A DNA stretch of 64,000 bases, from NCBI GenBank assembly GCA_044892525.1, contig CM097885.1:44270001-44334000 (forward strand), in the 5' to 3' direction. Positions 20,354 to 32,650 of this stretch are shown here, piece by piece. The DNA is from Schmidtea polychroa. Taxonomy: Eukaryota. The translations under genes were made by a program, and so were the position numbers. Position 1 is the stretch's first letter; every line of letters starts with the position of its first letter. The notes beneath the pieces are model-generated. The model was not told the origin of the DNA, searched no databases, and worked only from the letters and a program-made list of their open reading frames with translations.

Positions 20354-22063
20354 ATGTCGAAAAAAAGAAAATATAGTGAGGATTATGTGAAATTTGGATT
20401 TACATGCTGTGTTCGTGATAAAATCGAAAAACCCCAATGCTTTCTATGCTCAAAAATTCTCTGCAATGATAATATGAGGCCTTCTAAACTCCTTGAACAT
20501 TTTACAAAAATGCATTCAAATAATTCTGGAGACTCACTTGAATTTCTCAAGCAGAAAAAAGCTCGATTTCTGTCATCAGGAACTTTAACCAAGTTAGGTT
20601 TTGGAATTAATCAAAAGCCACTTGTTGCAGCTAGTTATAAAGTAGCATATCTTATCGCAAAGAACAAAAAGTCTCATACCATCGGTGAAACGTTGGTCAA
20701 GCCTTGTGCTCTTGAAATGGTAGAAGCTGTTCTCGGAAAGCCACAGAGAAATCAGATCGCGGCGGTACCTCTTTCAAATGACGTGATAAGAAGTCGAATT
20801 GTGGAAATGTCATCTGATATTTTGAATCAACTTATGTCAGAACTGAAGAAAACAACTCTTCCTTTTGGTCTGCAACTGGATGAAAGTACTGATGTAGCTC
20901 AGTGCAGTCAACTTTTGACCTTTGTTAGATATACCACCGAAATTGGTATTAAAGAAGAGTTTTTGTTCTGCCATCCGATATTAGCTACTACAAAAGCGAC
21001 TGATGTGTACCAGATAATTGATGATTTTTTTTCAGAAAATAAACTTGATTGGAAGGAAAAGTTAGGATTCATATGTACTGATGGTGCACCCTCCATGCTA
21101 GTGAAAAATTCTGGTTTTGGAGCATTGGTACGAGCGATGGCTCCAAATGTTATGGTTCTGCATTGTTTTTTACATCGCCATGCATTGGCATCACGAACTC
21201 TTCCACAAAGACTCAAGTCTGCCATGGATATCACTGTCCAAGCTGTAAATTTCATCCGATCTCGAGCTTTGAATCACAGACTCTTCAAAATATTATGCCA
21301 AGAAGTTGGAGCTTCTCATGAAATGCTGCTTTATCACACTGATGTACGCTGGATTTCACGTGGACGAGTTTTCACTCGTGTCCTGGAACTCAAAATGGAG
21401 ATAATAACATTTCTTCGAGAGAAAGAAAATAAATTGTGTGGAGAGTTTGAAACTCACAATTTTACTGCATCATTGGTTTATCTTGCAGATGTATTTTCAC
21501 ATTTAAATGATCTAAATATTTCCCTTCAAGGGTCAGAAGTTACTATTTTAGATGCAAATGAGAAGATTACAGCCTTCAAGCAAAAACTAGCTCTTTGGAA
21601 GAACCGCGTATCAAAAAGTAATTATGCAAATTTCCCATCTCTAGAAAAAATTTTCTGTGCTGAATATTTATTAAAAGCGGTGCCAGATTGGATTCGAACT
21701 GATATTTTAATACATTTGGATAATCTCATGAATTCTTTTGATAACTACTTTGTAGAAGACAATTTGAAAATTGATCAGTGGATTCGAAATCCCTTCATAT
21801 TTAATTTAGACTCCATGGATGATGCTGACATGCAAAAAAACGACCTCATTGATTTACAGAGCAAGGCTATGGTCAGGCAAAAATTTATCAACCAAAATCT
21901 TGATGAATTTTGGTGCTCACAAATAGATTCTTATCCGGTTTTGGCAAATAAAGCTCTTTCAGCTTTGATACCATTTGCAACAACATACCTCTGCGAATCT
22001 GCATTTTCAACATTGGTCAATGTAAAGCCAAAAACCAGAAATGGATCGCAGAACTCAGTTTGA
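20354..22063 (+). CDS. hAT (Buster/Charlie, ZBED5/SCAND3-like) transposase, C-terminally truncated near 22035
   Basis: BED-like C..C..H...H, HTIGETLVKP, QLDESTD, CTDGAPSM, HCFLHRHAL, VRWISRG and PFATTYLCESAFS. The usual tail and a 3' TIR are not seen. A possible degenerate 5' end with GAGGTAT x3 lies near 19925-19990. Confidence 0.9.
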   Translation: MSKKRKYSEDYVKFGFTCCVRDKIEKPQCFLCSKILCNDNMRPSKLLEHFTKMHSNNSGDSLEFLKQKKARFLSSGTLTKLGFGINQKPLVAASYKVAYLIAKNKKSHTIGETLVKPCALEMVEAVLGKPQRNQIAAVPLSNDVIRSRIVEMSSDILNQLMSELKKTTLPFGLQLDESTDVAQCSQLLTFVRYTTEIGIKEEFLFCHPILATTKATDVYQIIDDFFSENKLDWKEKLGFICTDGAPSMLVKNSGFGALVRAMAPNVMVLHCFLHRHALASRTLPQRLKSAMDITVQAVNFIRSRALNHRLFKILCQEVGASHEMLLYHTDVRWISRGRVFTRVLELKMEIITFLREKENKLCGEFETHNFTASLVYLADVFSHLNDLNISLQGSEVTILDANEKITAFKQKLALWKNRVSKSNYANFPSLEKIFCAEYLLKAVPDWIRTDILIHLDNLMNSFDNYFVEDNLKIDQWIRNPFIFNLDSMDDADMQKNDLIDLQSKAMVRQKFINQNLDEFWCSQIDSYPVLANKALSALIPFATTYLCESAFSTLVNVKPKTRNGSQNSV

Positions 22064-23905
22064 TGTCACTAACCCATAGTGAACTAAAAAGAGCAATAAA
22101 TTTATGTGTAAAGCTATTCAAAGTAAATAGAGACGATGAGATACTTAAACAAAGGCAGACGTTTGGCAAGACTTTACAGTAAACAAGGGATTTAGCTGAT
22201 ATCATAGTGGAAACGACTGGACTTGATAATGTGAAGTGCCAATTCTGTGTAAATGATTTCGGACAAATCACAGAGCTAAAGGAGCACATACTGCGTCAAT
22301 ACAGTGGATGGCAAGTGCAATTAAAATTTGAGAATCGATGTCTGGAAGACGAGGAATACTTAGTAGATTGCAGTTTGATACCAGACTGGAAAAATAAAGT
22401 AAATGTCGTTAATGCAGTTAATACTTTGAATTCAGGTAGACAGAATTGGGAAAAAATTCTAGCAGATTTACAAGACACTCTGTATGCAGGGAATAAACAT
22501 AAAATTAATGCGAGTACCGATTTCATAATGAGCTTTGAAATGGATCGAGACATGAAAGAAGGGTTGTTTGAATGCATCGTATCGTATACAAATAAACCGA
22601 CAAGTAATCAAGCAAAGTTAAAAGAGGTAATCTGAAAACTAGGACATGATTATGGGGTGGCAGACAATAGTGCGAAGTCTTTGATAATAGCGTTGAATAT
22701 TGCGGATCAAAGGATTGGATATTATCGGGAATATTGGAGTGTAAAAGCAAAGAAAATACGGGAAAAAGCAGCGGAGATATTAGATAATGAAGGAATTATC
22801 GTGTTGACGTTCAAAGGATGAGAATTAGATGATGACGAATATTTATTGAATTACGGATGTAACCCGAATTGTATTAATAATGCATACGCAACAAAGCAAA
22901 GTGATAAAATGGAAAGAGATGCAGTAATAATACCACTTTGGCCTCCGTATGAGGAAACGGATAATGATAATGTAAAGATTAAAACTGAAGTTGTAGATGA
23001 CCCAGGAGAAATTGATCAAGAAATTAATGAATTGCAGAGATTAGAAACAATGGAAATAGAGGAAATGGGATCGGAAAATGAAGCTAAAAGGGATATCGAG
23101 GAAATAAGCACCGATAACAGGGTATTACCAAGTATAAATGAAACGAAAAGTGAAGAGAACTTCGTTGAAACGGAAAATGACATTGCGATATGTCGGAAAC
23201 GACAAAATGATGCGGAAACTGAATCTTTGGGTTTAGATGAATCAAGCGAAACTGAGCGAATATTAAAAAGTTTAGTTACGGAATTGTACGTGTTAAATGA
23301 AACTGAAACAAAAAGAGATGATACTTCGGAGGAGAAGGAAAGAGTTGTAAAGAGATTAGCAACGGAATTAAAAAGGAGATTACCGTCGATAATTAAAAGA
23401 AATTATGAAGAAAAGGAATTTTGTGAGGAAGCAGTAATTGAGAACCTAACATGAACCGCGTTGGATCGAGATGTAATATTGACAGTGCTAGCCTATATAA
23501 TATTGGAGATTGGTATTTATGGTTGTTTGGAAGCTGACAATTCAAAATCATTAATAAAGAAAGCCTCTGAAATGACGAACAAATATTTGATGAAGTGGAT
23601 AGCAAACAATGGCGGATGGGAAAATTTGATACAAAAAACGGAGAGCCCAAAAACAAAGACAGTAAGGAAAAAGGGAAAACTCGCATTTCCATGGTTGATG
23701 ATCTCTATTATTATGTTATTGGGAATCATAAACACGACGAATTCATTGGTGGCATACGACTGCTCCCAAACCGAAATGGGAAGAGTATATTCGCTGGTAA
23801 ACGTAGCAGAGTGTTCAGATGCATACCCCGTAAAGTTTAAAGTGACTGATCCCGTAAAATATTACGAGTATCAAGATTCTTGGTTTCGACGAGCAAGGGT
23901 GAGAG
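22045..23905 (+). pseudogene. Decayed fragment of a second giant-retroelement family: ubiquitin-like domains, acidic linker, Bcl-2-like domain, signal peptide, start of envelope glycoprotein
   Basis: ORFs 22207, 22846 and 23461 share one frame separated by single stops. Motifs QLKFENRCLEDEEYL and LTFKG*ELDDDEYLLNYG (ubiquitin-like), KWIANNGGWENL (BH2), LMISIIMLLGII..SLVAYDC......YSL.NVAEC. Order is collinear with the 4617-aa polyprotein. Confidence 0.82.
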
Positions 23906-24908
23906 AAAAACAAAAAAAAACTATCCTTGTATTCAGCAAACAATCATTCGTGTTCAGCAACATACAGGAAAAAAATAACGCATATCTTTTCAAAAAAAAA
24001 CACTTTGGGATTACTGATGAGCAGTTCGGGATGTTTTAGCCGCTGGTGGGGCGACTGTGAGTTGGATTTTATCCGTGGACACTGGTGAGACGATGTGGGA
24101 ATCGGGATTTTTCTATGGACAACAATTATTAAAATATATTTTTTGTTATTCTTACTCTGTGTCAAAATTTGAATTTGCAGTAAGAAAATTCCATTGGTCT
24201 CAACGTTTGAGGATTGTGCATTGTGGACCATTTGTTTGAGTGAGGTGTGGTTTGATTGGGAGTTGAGTTTAATCCATGGGCACTGATGAAGCGATCTGAG
24301 AATTAAATTTTATCTATGAACAACAATTATTATTATACCTATTTAAACGAAATTACAAGAGAATATTTGCCAATAATGAAGAAAGCTTCACAGGAGATTT
24401 ATGCAGTGAGGAAATACTCAACGCAATCGATTCGACATTCAATCTCGATGTGAGCGAGTTTGTATGCAACCTATCAAATGTCTGAAGTATGTCTGTAGAG
24501 GGAAACGAACTGATAGAAACAAAAAACAATTAACATTTTCAGTGCAAAAGAAACAGATCTTATTAAATAATATGATTTACATATTGATTGCTGTCACACG
24601 ACATCAGATTATGAACAATTTTTCAGTCGCTATCTCAACAAAATCTTGAAATATTATTCAAAATTTTTAATATTCGGCATATTTTATTAAACGAGATTTT
24701 AAAAATGACATCTTTCGTTTCCTGATTTATCAAACTGTCCAGATTCTGAAAATCCGTCTGAAAATAGCTAAATTTTGGAAGCATTATATATCGAATTTTT
24801 ACCAGACAACTTTAGGCAAATCAAAAAATTGTTCCAATAAATTTTTGTGTAATCAATATGAAAATATGCAAGTATTGAATTAGAGAATACTTTTTGTCAG
24901 TTTGATTT

Positions 24909-25599
24909 TTGTCAAAAAATGGTTTAATTTTAATGCTCGGTAAATGCACCAGAGACCACCTACAAAAATGGATCGATTATGTTATTGGAGTTTATCGATT
25001 GTATGCGTTGCCAATTATTGCTATTTTTGGAATTCTTGGAACTGTTATCATGATTTTGGTATGTCTATTGGAACATAAAAAGTCAAGATTTTCCATTTAT
25101 TGTGTTGCAATCTCTAGTACTCATGTGATTTTAATAATGAATTCTCTGATGGACGATTTCATGGGTAAAGGCTTGGAACATTGGCGGCCGGAGTATAAGG
25201 TAAAATTTGATGCGTATTCACTTACTATGAGCAGGAAAATGGAATAGGTTCCAAATTTTATGTATACAGCGTCTTCAGTTCTCACAAAGTGGTGGAGAGC
25301 GAAATCTCAAAGAGCCAAATTACAGACCTACAGAAAAATAATCTTGAAATGAATCGAATTTGCGGACATTTGGCTTTAAATACGGTTTCCTATTGTTCAC
25401 GTTTCCATTGGTTGTTGCGATGTTGATGCGTCATTACAACGGTTGTAGGTTTTATGCCAAAGTTTTATCGAGATTATTTTTATTAGTTAAAGTTATTTCA
25501 TTTTCTTTAGATTTCTTATTATATTTTATATTTTTAACTAATTTTCGTTGGAGATTTAGTAAATATTTCGCTGCACCACTTTTAACTGTGAGACCGTAA
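24909..25599 (+). pseudogene. Rhodopsin-class GPCR remnant (TM1-TM3 and TM7, middle deleted)
   Basis: LPIIAIFGILG (TM1), KSRFSIYCVAIS (TM2), in-frame stop, then SFSLDFLLYFIFLTNFR (TM7/helix 8-like). Confidence 0.6.
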
Positions 25600-25956
25600 G
25601 GAAATCGTCTCTCGGTCATTATTTAGATTCGAAATTAATGAAGCATGACAGTAATTCAAGCCGTAGAAGGGATAGTGCAATTGCAGCAGCATTATCCACT
25701 TGTAACAATCATCATATGTTCAGTGGTCATACATCGAACACCAGACCTAATTCCAGGGATATCTACTTCAATCAGCATCCAAGCCTTCAAACAGAGATGT
25801 TCGCAAGTGCCCCGTCAAAACACCGTTTCACATGCTTCCGATGTCAAAGTCACAACAGAAATGAAACAAAAACTGAGTCTAGACAATCATTGTGAAAGGA
25901 TAATCACATTAAGACGTAGATTTCGAGGAAGAAAATTTTTTTTAAGGGGGGAGATA

Positions 25957-26864
25957 TGTTGAGGTCTGTAAATTAAAATAAATTTAAATGAAATTTAGGT
26001 TGAAAATTTAAATAAAAAGTAAGCGAAGAAAAAAGACAAATAAAAGCGTGATCATGTACAAAATTGATAGTAAAGGAAAGTATGATGGAAGTAGTATTGG
26101 GAAATGGCAAAAGCAGTTGCGAAAGGCAAGAATCCGGAAACCCGTTAAAAATCGATAAATTGTAAAATCATCGAAATCGAATTGGGAAAACGGGACAGGC
26201 ATAGATTAGCTAATGGTCAACAAGATGACGATTAGGGATTTATCAGAAAATGTTTAGAAAGGATCGAAAAGCATTCAAATGTGTTAAAACAGAAAACGTT
26301 AGTTAATTAATTAATTGACTAATAGAAAACCCGAGCTAATGGGAAACCCGAGCTGGGTAAACAAGAAGAAAAGTAAACAGAAGGAAGATTTGGGCCCATT
26401 AGCTTGACACAATGATTAATTGGAAAAGAGCAAGCAGAAGATAGTGCGTGTAGAAAGGCCGGATTCAAATTAGGAAAGGCAATTTAATCAGCCGACTAAA
26501 ATTAAATTGGAGTGAGTCGTCAAAGGAGACGGCCAAATTCCTCAAAGCGAATTAGAGTTTCAAGAGGAAGTCCGGGGGAAAGTTGGATCCAGACAAATTG
26601 GAGAAAATAAAATCAATTACAAAATGTGTATAAAAGCGACCGGCAAGAAAACAGAATTGCCAGTTTGTCGAAGAAAAAGAAAACAAGAAGTTTAGCGAGA
26701 GCGACAAAGAAAACGTTAAAGTTAGTAGCAATTGAATAATTTAAATCGAACGTACCAGAAAGGGACATCTCGCGTTGGAAGATCTATCCCTGCGTGAGAT
26801 TTGTAGTTTTGAAAAGTGCAAACCAAAAAAAAGTTGTATCAAGTGTGGTTGAATTAATAAAAAG
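25957..26864 (+). repeat. First part of an older ~1.08-kb gypsy 3' LTR, interrupted by the giant element
   Basis: PPT AAGGGGGGAGA at 25944-25954, then TGTTGAGG. TATAAAAG near 26629 and AATAAA at 26856. Upstream reading FRGRKFFLRGEIC resembles a gypsy pol end. Confidence 0.72.
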
Positions 26865-29800
26865 TGTTGGGGTTACACCGCGGCTGACCACTCTACCATG
26901 TTGACGGGTCTAAGGGTTGATTGTCCATCTCGAATAAAAGGTGCCACCGATTTGTCAACCTGGAGTGAAACCCCACATAACTTTCTTCCAACATAGTGCC
27001 CGTGAATCACTTCACGTTGGTACTGCACTATGCAGGCGAGACGCCAGCAAGCAGGTGAGCTTCTGCCTTAAAACTACTCCTTGCTGAGGCCTCGACTTCC
27101 CATTCACGACTGCCGATAGAAGGGCTTACGTCCATTTCCTTACACAACCGCTTATCGGGATTCGCTGAAGGCAAATTGGGAATTGCTCACTAGATCTTGC
27201 GGGTTCTCTACTCAACCCACTTAATTAAAGTCTACTTATTCATGAACGAAAACGTGTAAGACAACAAGATTTATTAATTTCAACGTTATGACACAAGGAT
27301 TCAGCTGTACACTTTACTAATGTTTGTCGAAAGAAGAGAAAACATCATAATCAACATAGATCGGATCCTTGTTCTTCATCCTGACCGCCACTGGGGTTCT
27401 ATTGTTTCTCCCATTCAGCGTCGGCGAATAATTCGTCGAGGTTAAAAAACTCGGAAGCGTTCTCTTCCCACGTTACGCCAGCGGCTGATATGATTCGTGC
27501 CGAGGGTCCCGTTGTTAGGTCGATGGACACGTGAGAGTTACCACCGTTGGTTGAACCCTCTATTGATGGGATGTTTGGCTTTGTAGTGGCGCGTTCGCGC
27601 TGTCTCTTCTTGCGCTCTGCACGAGAGAGTTGTTTGCGCTTGGGTTTGCTTGAAGATGCCACTTGCAGAAGGGTGACAGGTACAGATGGACTAGCAGTGG
27701 GGGGCTTATTGGTACCCGTGATGACAACATCTGGTCGCTTGGGGGACAATTCGTTTTCGACGCAGTCTCGGCACGGTCTCTTGAACGGTGGAGATGGATT
27801 CGAGGAGAGGTTGTGATGAGGCGGAAAGATGTCATCGGCCTCTCGGATGGGAATCTGCACAATTTTTCGGGTTGTAGCCGCCTGCACGTAAACCTTATGC
27901 AGTGCCTCGGATTGTTCTCTGATTAGACTTCTTTGGGCACGGCTCTCAGATATTAGCGCGTCCCGGCAATGCTCGCTGCGATCGAGCTTCTTTTGGATCT
28001 CCTTCATCCGAGCGGGACTAAACCATGTCCCTTCCAGCTCGTCGATTTTTCGTTTATATCGACCGATCTGGGCTTGGAGATCTGTAATCACTGCATTTTT
28101 ATCTGAGCAGGAGAAGCAGGGACGTAGAGCTGATTTGTGATTTGATAACATATGGATGGCTAAAGAAGAAAACTATGATGACTATATCCAAGAATTTCGG
28201 ATCAGATATACGGTTTATTCGCTATTGGATACTTAGTGCTGGAAGAAAACAAGACGAGTCGATGAAACAGGATCCCTCCCTTCACCCTGGATTACTAATA
28301 TTTTACGTATCCTTTACAAAAATTATTCCTCAACGCCCTGATTGCTTCCCTGACGAATGCAAATTATTTGTAAAAATTTTAATTTTCGTCTGTCGCGTTC
28401 GAGTTGGATTTCTATCTATCGCACATAACGGCAATTGACGGATTTGTTCATGCCGGAGTGAATAAACCTATTTCATTACAAATACACTATACTACACTTC
28501 GTTTAAATTTCGCTGATTATTTGTTGTTATTCTAATGCAAAATAAGGTTTTTGGACCAAATGCAACTAGTAAAAACTTGCACCCTTACTTCAAGTAGCGG
28601 AATAAGTAACAACTCGTAATTTCGTATAAACTATACGTCACTGTTTTATGATTACCCCTTACCCATACCATACGGTGATATCGTCGTAGAAATATAGCAT
28701 CGTAAAAATATTGTAATTACATAATAATTTGTTATCGGATTTAGTTTTCTATTACAATACGTCATTTACAGGGAATATGAGAAATTTAACTACAATATTA
28801 CTAGCTATTTTATAACCCAAAAATTCCTGTAGATACTTTAGTTAATTTAAATTTGGCTCGAAGGCTACTACTATTATTTGTAACATCTAATTAGAATTAC
28901 GATAAACCTCTACAACACTTAGGTAAAACTTCCTATGGTTTAGTTATAAAGTTTGGTTTGAATTTTCGATTATTAATTAAAATACCCCTTCAACAATTTC
29001 GATTTTTATTTAGAATATTTAATTTAAGCAAAATTATCTTTAATGAGTGCACTTTAGAGAGTCCCTTATCTTAGTAGTCGGTTACTGGTTATTTGGCTTA
29101 TCTTTTTAGTGGTACGAATGGCCTTTATCAGTAGTGAAATTTAAGAGTCAGTCATCTGGAAGTCACATCTCATGTCAGCATTATCTAATAGGACCACTGA
29201 TTACTACTCACACACTAAGAATCCTAGAGAGGGTGACACATGGCGGCATTCCCTGCGGTGAGAGGCATTCGGAATGATTCTGCTGTTTCTCATGCATATT
29301 TCTGACCGGATGACGCTACTCATAGTTATGTTAGCAGTATGTCTGTATGTATGGGTGCCTATTCGATGGAAATTTTATCTGTAACTATCAACCGTACTGA
29401 GCGAACTGCAAATGTTACATCGCGTGTCGATTCCCATCTGAGCTTATGATGTTGGATTTATTTACTACGACTCGTAATTTCCTCAATATTGGATGCTTTT
29501 GAACGATGGAAGATCTCTACGAACCAGCCAACTAGACTCTATGAAGCATATTTCAGTAGTGGATATTTCGACGCAACAGCATGAAAATTATTCAATGGGT
29601 ATTACCAGATTTTGTTAATATATGTGATTGAATACAGTATTATTGTGGTTTTATGCTTTACTTTTCCTTTATTGTAAATTCCTCATCATATGCTAAGATT
29701 TGGATGTCGCATCTGAAAGAGATGACCTAAATTAGATTTACTTTTTCAAAAATCTACCGAATGCAATTTCAACTTCTCGACATGTTAGAAAAACCAGCGA

Positions 29801-30974
29801 TGGATGTTTAATGGTATTTTCCCCCACATGGTAAGTTCGGATTTATAGACAGAAGTGGCATGAATGTCTTATAAGTCGACTCTGGACAATACAGAGTTAA
29901 TATGAGAACTCCCTCAGTCGCTGTGAAGCACATATCCTATTTTCGAAAATTTCATAAGGTTTCCTTTCGGTCTATATTTCGGTACTCCGACAGATTTTAA
30001 GTCCTTCAGCAATTGGACCCGTGAAGAAGCCTTCACATTTCGGCCCAATCTAGCTGCGTGATTGAAATACTCCATGTCCACCGGCTGAGCTCCCGAAGGC
30101 ACCTCACACCATGACATGGAGTATCTCAACGCCACGTTTCTCGTTAATATTAGAAATCATAAAACTATCACTTCAAAATAAATATCCATAAAAATTATGT
30201 AAGAGTTCACCTGTTACCAATAAATACTTTTAAACATTTAAATTATTTACTTTATCAAAATCGTTATTCAGGATCAAATGAAAAGAGAGTCTGGTTAAAT
30301 TTAAAAGTTTAATTACTCATTAAATATACATATTTACTATTAACTTCGAAAGACAATATCATAAATAAAAATCCCTTACTATGGAATTAGGCTGAATCGG
30401 AAAATTAACGTTAGTCGTTCCAAATTAGTCTGATGATAATTCGTCGAATGTCGATTGCTGTGACTGAGTTCGAATTGCTGTGAAGTTTTTCGAATTAACT
30501 GTTGCTCTACTTGTATTGCTGATCCTTGAAATAAGTCTCCGTGAGTTGTAGATGTCTATGAAATGCTCGGGGTTAACAGTAAATTTAATGTTTTTGGTAG
30601 TTGTATATATATCAAATTCTTATTTGTGCGGACCAATCAGAGTTGAGTACCGCTTATTTCTATTAATTTAATATAATTTTCTTGTTTTTAGGTTGTTTTT
30701 TCCTTATTTTCTTTATTTTTAATATGTTTTTCTATTCATTTCCTTAATTTCCTTATTATTTCTTGAATTCCTCTTTATTTATTTGTCAACTTGTTCTATT
30801 TTAATCTTTTCTTAATTTTATTTTTTGTTTTAATTCTTATGTCTTAATTATTATTTTCCTTATATCTTATTCTATTTTATTTCTGATTTTATTTATTTTA
30901 TTTTTATTTTTCTTAATGTTCTACTTCCCTACTTTCTTATTTTTCAACGATTAAATTTTCGACTCAGCCCAACA
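26865..30974 (-). repeat. 3' LTR of the giant element (4110 bp)
   Basis: Direct repeat of 52966-57075 at constant offset 26101. The only difference I noticed is C27501 versus T53602. Confidence 0.97.
27399..28151 (-). CDS. LTR-encoded 250-aa protein (coiled coil, basic NLS-like run, acidic tail), 3' LTR copy
   Basis: ATG 8 nt after a TTCTTCTTTAG acceptor; AATAAA about 125 nt after the stop. GC-richer than its flanks. Identical protein in the other LTR. Confidence 0.7.
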   Translation of the reverse strand: MLSNHKSALRPCFSCSDKNAVITDLQAQIGRYKRKIDELEGTWFSPARMKEIQKKLDRSEHCRDALISESRAQRSLIREQSEALHKVYVQAATTRKIVQIPIREADDIFPPHHNLSSNPSPPFKRPCRDCVENELSPKRPDVVITGTNKPPTASPSVPVTLLQVASSSKPKRKQLSRAERKKRQRERATTKPNIPSIEGSTNGGNSHVSIDLTTGPSARIISAAGVTWEENASEFFNLDELFADAEWEKQ

Positions 30975-31200
30975 AATCACTCGGGGACCCATCAAAATTG
31001 CGTCCCGCAATTGCATAATTAACTTAATTCATTCATTCAAAAAAAAATATAACACGAACACGGAAAATTATACAACAATGATAAAAATTTTATTGTAAGA
31101 TCAAGGTCAAAGCAAGACCAAGCAAGTATCACTTAAGGTGATAGTTGGTACATACAATAAAAGTTTCCACATATAATAACACAAATGTTTGAATTAGAGT

Positions 31201-31857
31201 TTATGAATTGTTAACCATTGATGCTTCTGCTGGCGGCTGTTGGTTGGTTTGGGTATTGATGTTGAGATAGGTCTGACTATTAGATTTCGGCTGGATTGGT
31301 TGATTACTCGGGGTTCGAGGTCGGTTAAGATTTGTCAGGGGCACTTCTTGAGGATTTTGGTTCGAGGTTACTCTTATTGATGTCGAGACTCTACATCTAT
31401 TTCGAACTTCGTAAATTTTCATGAATATTGGTAGACATAGGAGGAGGGTTTCTGCGATCACCACATATATGAGATAATGGGTGTCATTGATTTCGGGAGG
31501 TATTTTTGGCTTTTCTACCAGATTTCCAAAATTCTCTTGTTGCATTTGTTGTTCCAACTGGTCGAATTGTTGAATTTGTTCGAGGATTTGTTTGTTTATC
31601 ATTTTACAAATGGGATTCTTTTTACACATTGTTTGGATGTTGTTGATGTGTGATCGGGTTGATTGAATGGTTTGGATGATATGGGTTTTTACGGTCATCG
31701 GGTATGTGCATTGACTGGATTCTTGTTTAGGTTCTTGATTTTGATTTCGGTAATCTCGTACGATTTTCGGTTGGGCGTCTATTTGTTTGCTCTCCATCAG
31801 AATCATCAATACCATCATTGTTATCATCATCTCGCCTCGCATGATACTATTATACAT
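31201..31857 (-). CDS. Accessory type I membrane protein (likely start 31842)
   Basis: Signal-like MMITMMVLMILM..DAQ, helical ectodomain with Cys, TM YLIYVVIAETLLLCLPIFM, Pro/Gln/Asn-rich tail. Confidence 0.7.
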   Translation of the reverse strand: MYNSIMRGEMMITMMVLMILMESKQIDAQPKIVRDYRNQNQEPKQESSQCTYPMTVKTHIIQTIQSTRSHINNIQTMCKKNPICKMINKQILEQIQQFDQLEQQMQQENFGNLVEKPKIPPEINDTHYLIYVVIAETLLLCLPIFMKIYEVRNRCRVSTSIRVTSNQNPQEVPLTNLNRPRTPSNQPIQPKSNSQTYLNINTQTNQQPPAEASMVNNS

Positions 31858-31897
31858 TCATTATGTTTATTTACAATTGGTTTTAATGACCCTTAAT

Positions 31898-32650
31898 TTA
31901 ATGGTTCTGATTTGGATTATTTTCGCCGATTCTCATCAAGGTGGACTCTGCTTTAATTACCCTGTGTCTTAACTCGGGCAGCATTTCCAATTGTCGGTCT
32001 TTTTCACGGGCTTCTCTCTTTAGATGTCTAATTTCTTTTCCCAAGCGTCTAATTTCTTCCCTTTTCTTTTCAAGGTTTCTTTTTAGCTCGATTTGTAGGA
32101 GATCTTGTTCGTTTTCTTGCAGGTAATTTTGTTGTTGATGTTTTCTTTCTATTTCTCTATATTTGCGGACCCACTTCCTCATTTCTTTACTTTCCCGTTG
32201 GTTTTCTTCTAGTTGTCGTTTTAATTTATTTATAGCTGTTTGGCGCTCCTTCGCCTCAGTTTTCCAGTAGTCTTGGATTACCTCCTTTGCTTTGAAGCTT
32301 GCCCTCTCTTTCCATAGTTCTTCCGCTATCTTTTCCCAGTTTTTCCCTCGCTTCCTTTGTTCGTGTAGCCATTCATTTTCCTCTTCCGTTTCTCTTTTTA
32401 TTTCCCCCAACGCTTCGCACTCTTTCTTTAACACCTTTATCATTTTCCGGTCCTCCAGGTATTTGTTTATTAATCTCCCGTTTTCGTATTTCTCTTCCCG
32501 TAACTCGGCCTTTAGCGTTTGTGTTTCTGTTGTTTCTGCCTCAATCTCTCCCTCTTCTACGTCGCTCATAATTTCTATCATTTCCTCGATTCTCATATCT
32601 ATAATATGTACAGTTAATGGTGCGCTATAGTGCGACTTATACGTATACAT
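31898..32650 (-). CDS. Accessory coiled-coil protein (likely start 32596)
   Basis: E/K/R-rich heptad pattern with periodic Trp; TAG acceptor 2 nt before the ATG at 32596. Confidence 0.7.
   Translation of the reverse strand: MYTYKSHYSAPLTVHIIDMRIEEMIEIMSDVEEGEIEAETTETQTLKAELREEKYENGRLINKYLEDRKMIKVLKKECEALGEIKRETEEENEWLHEQRKRGKNWEKIAEELWKERASFKAKEVIQDYWKTEAKERQTAINKLKRQLEENQRESKEMRKWVRKYREIERKHQQQNYLQENEQDLLQIELKRNLEKKREEIRRLGKEIRHLKREAREKDRQLEMLPELRHRVIKAESTLMRIGENNPNQNH

Noticed and set aside
22231..22300. C2H2-like CQFC...LKEHI motif
   Set aside because: The second His is missing, and the segment fits the ubiquitin-like pattern of the relic better.
29914..30135. 73-aa LTR ORF (copy at 56015-56236)
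   Set aside because: GTG start, no motif, and I could not splice it convincingly to the 250-aa ORF.
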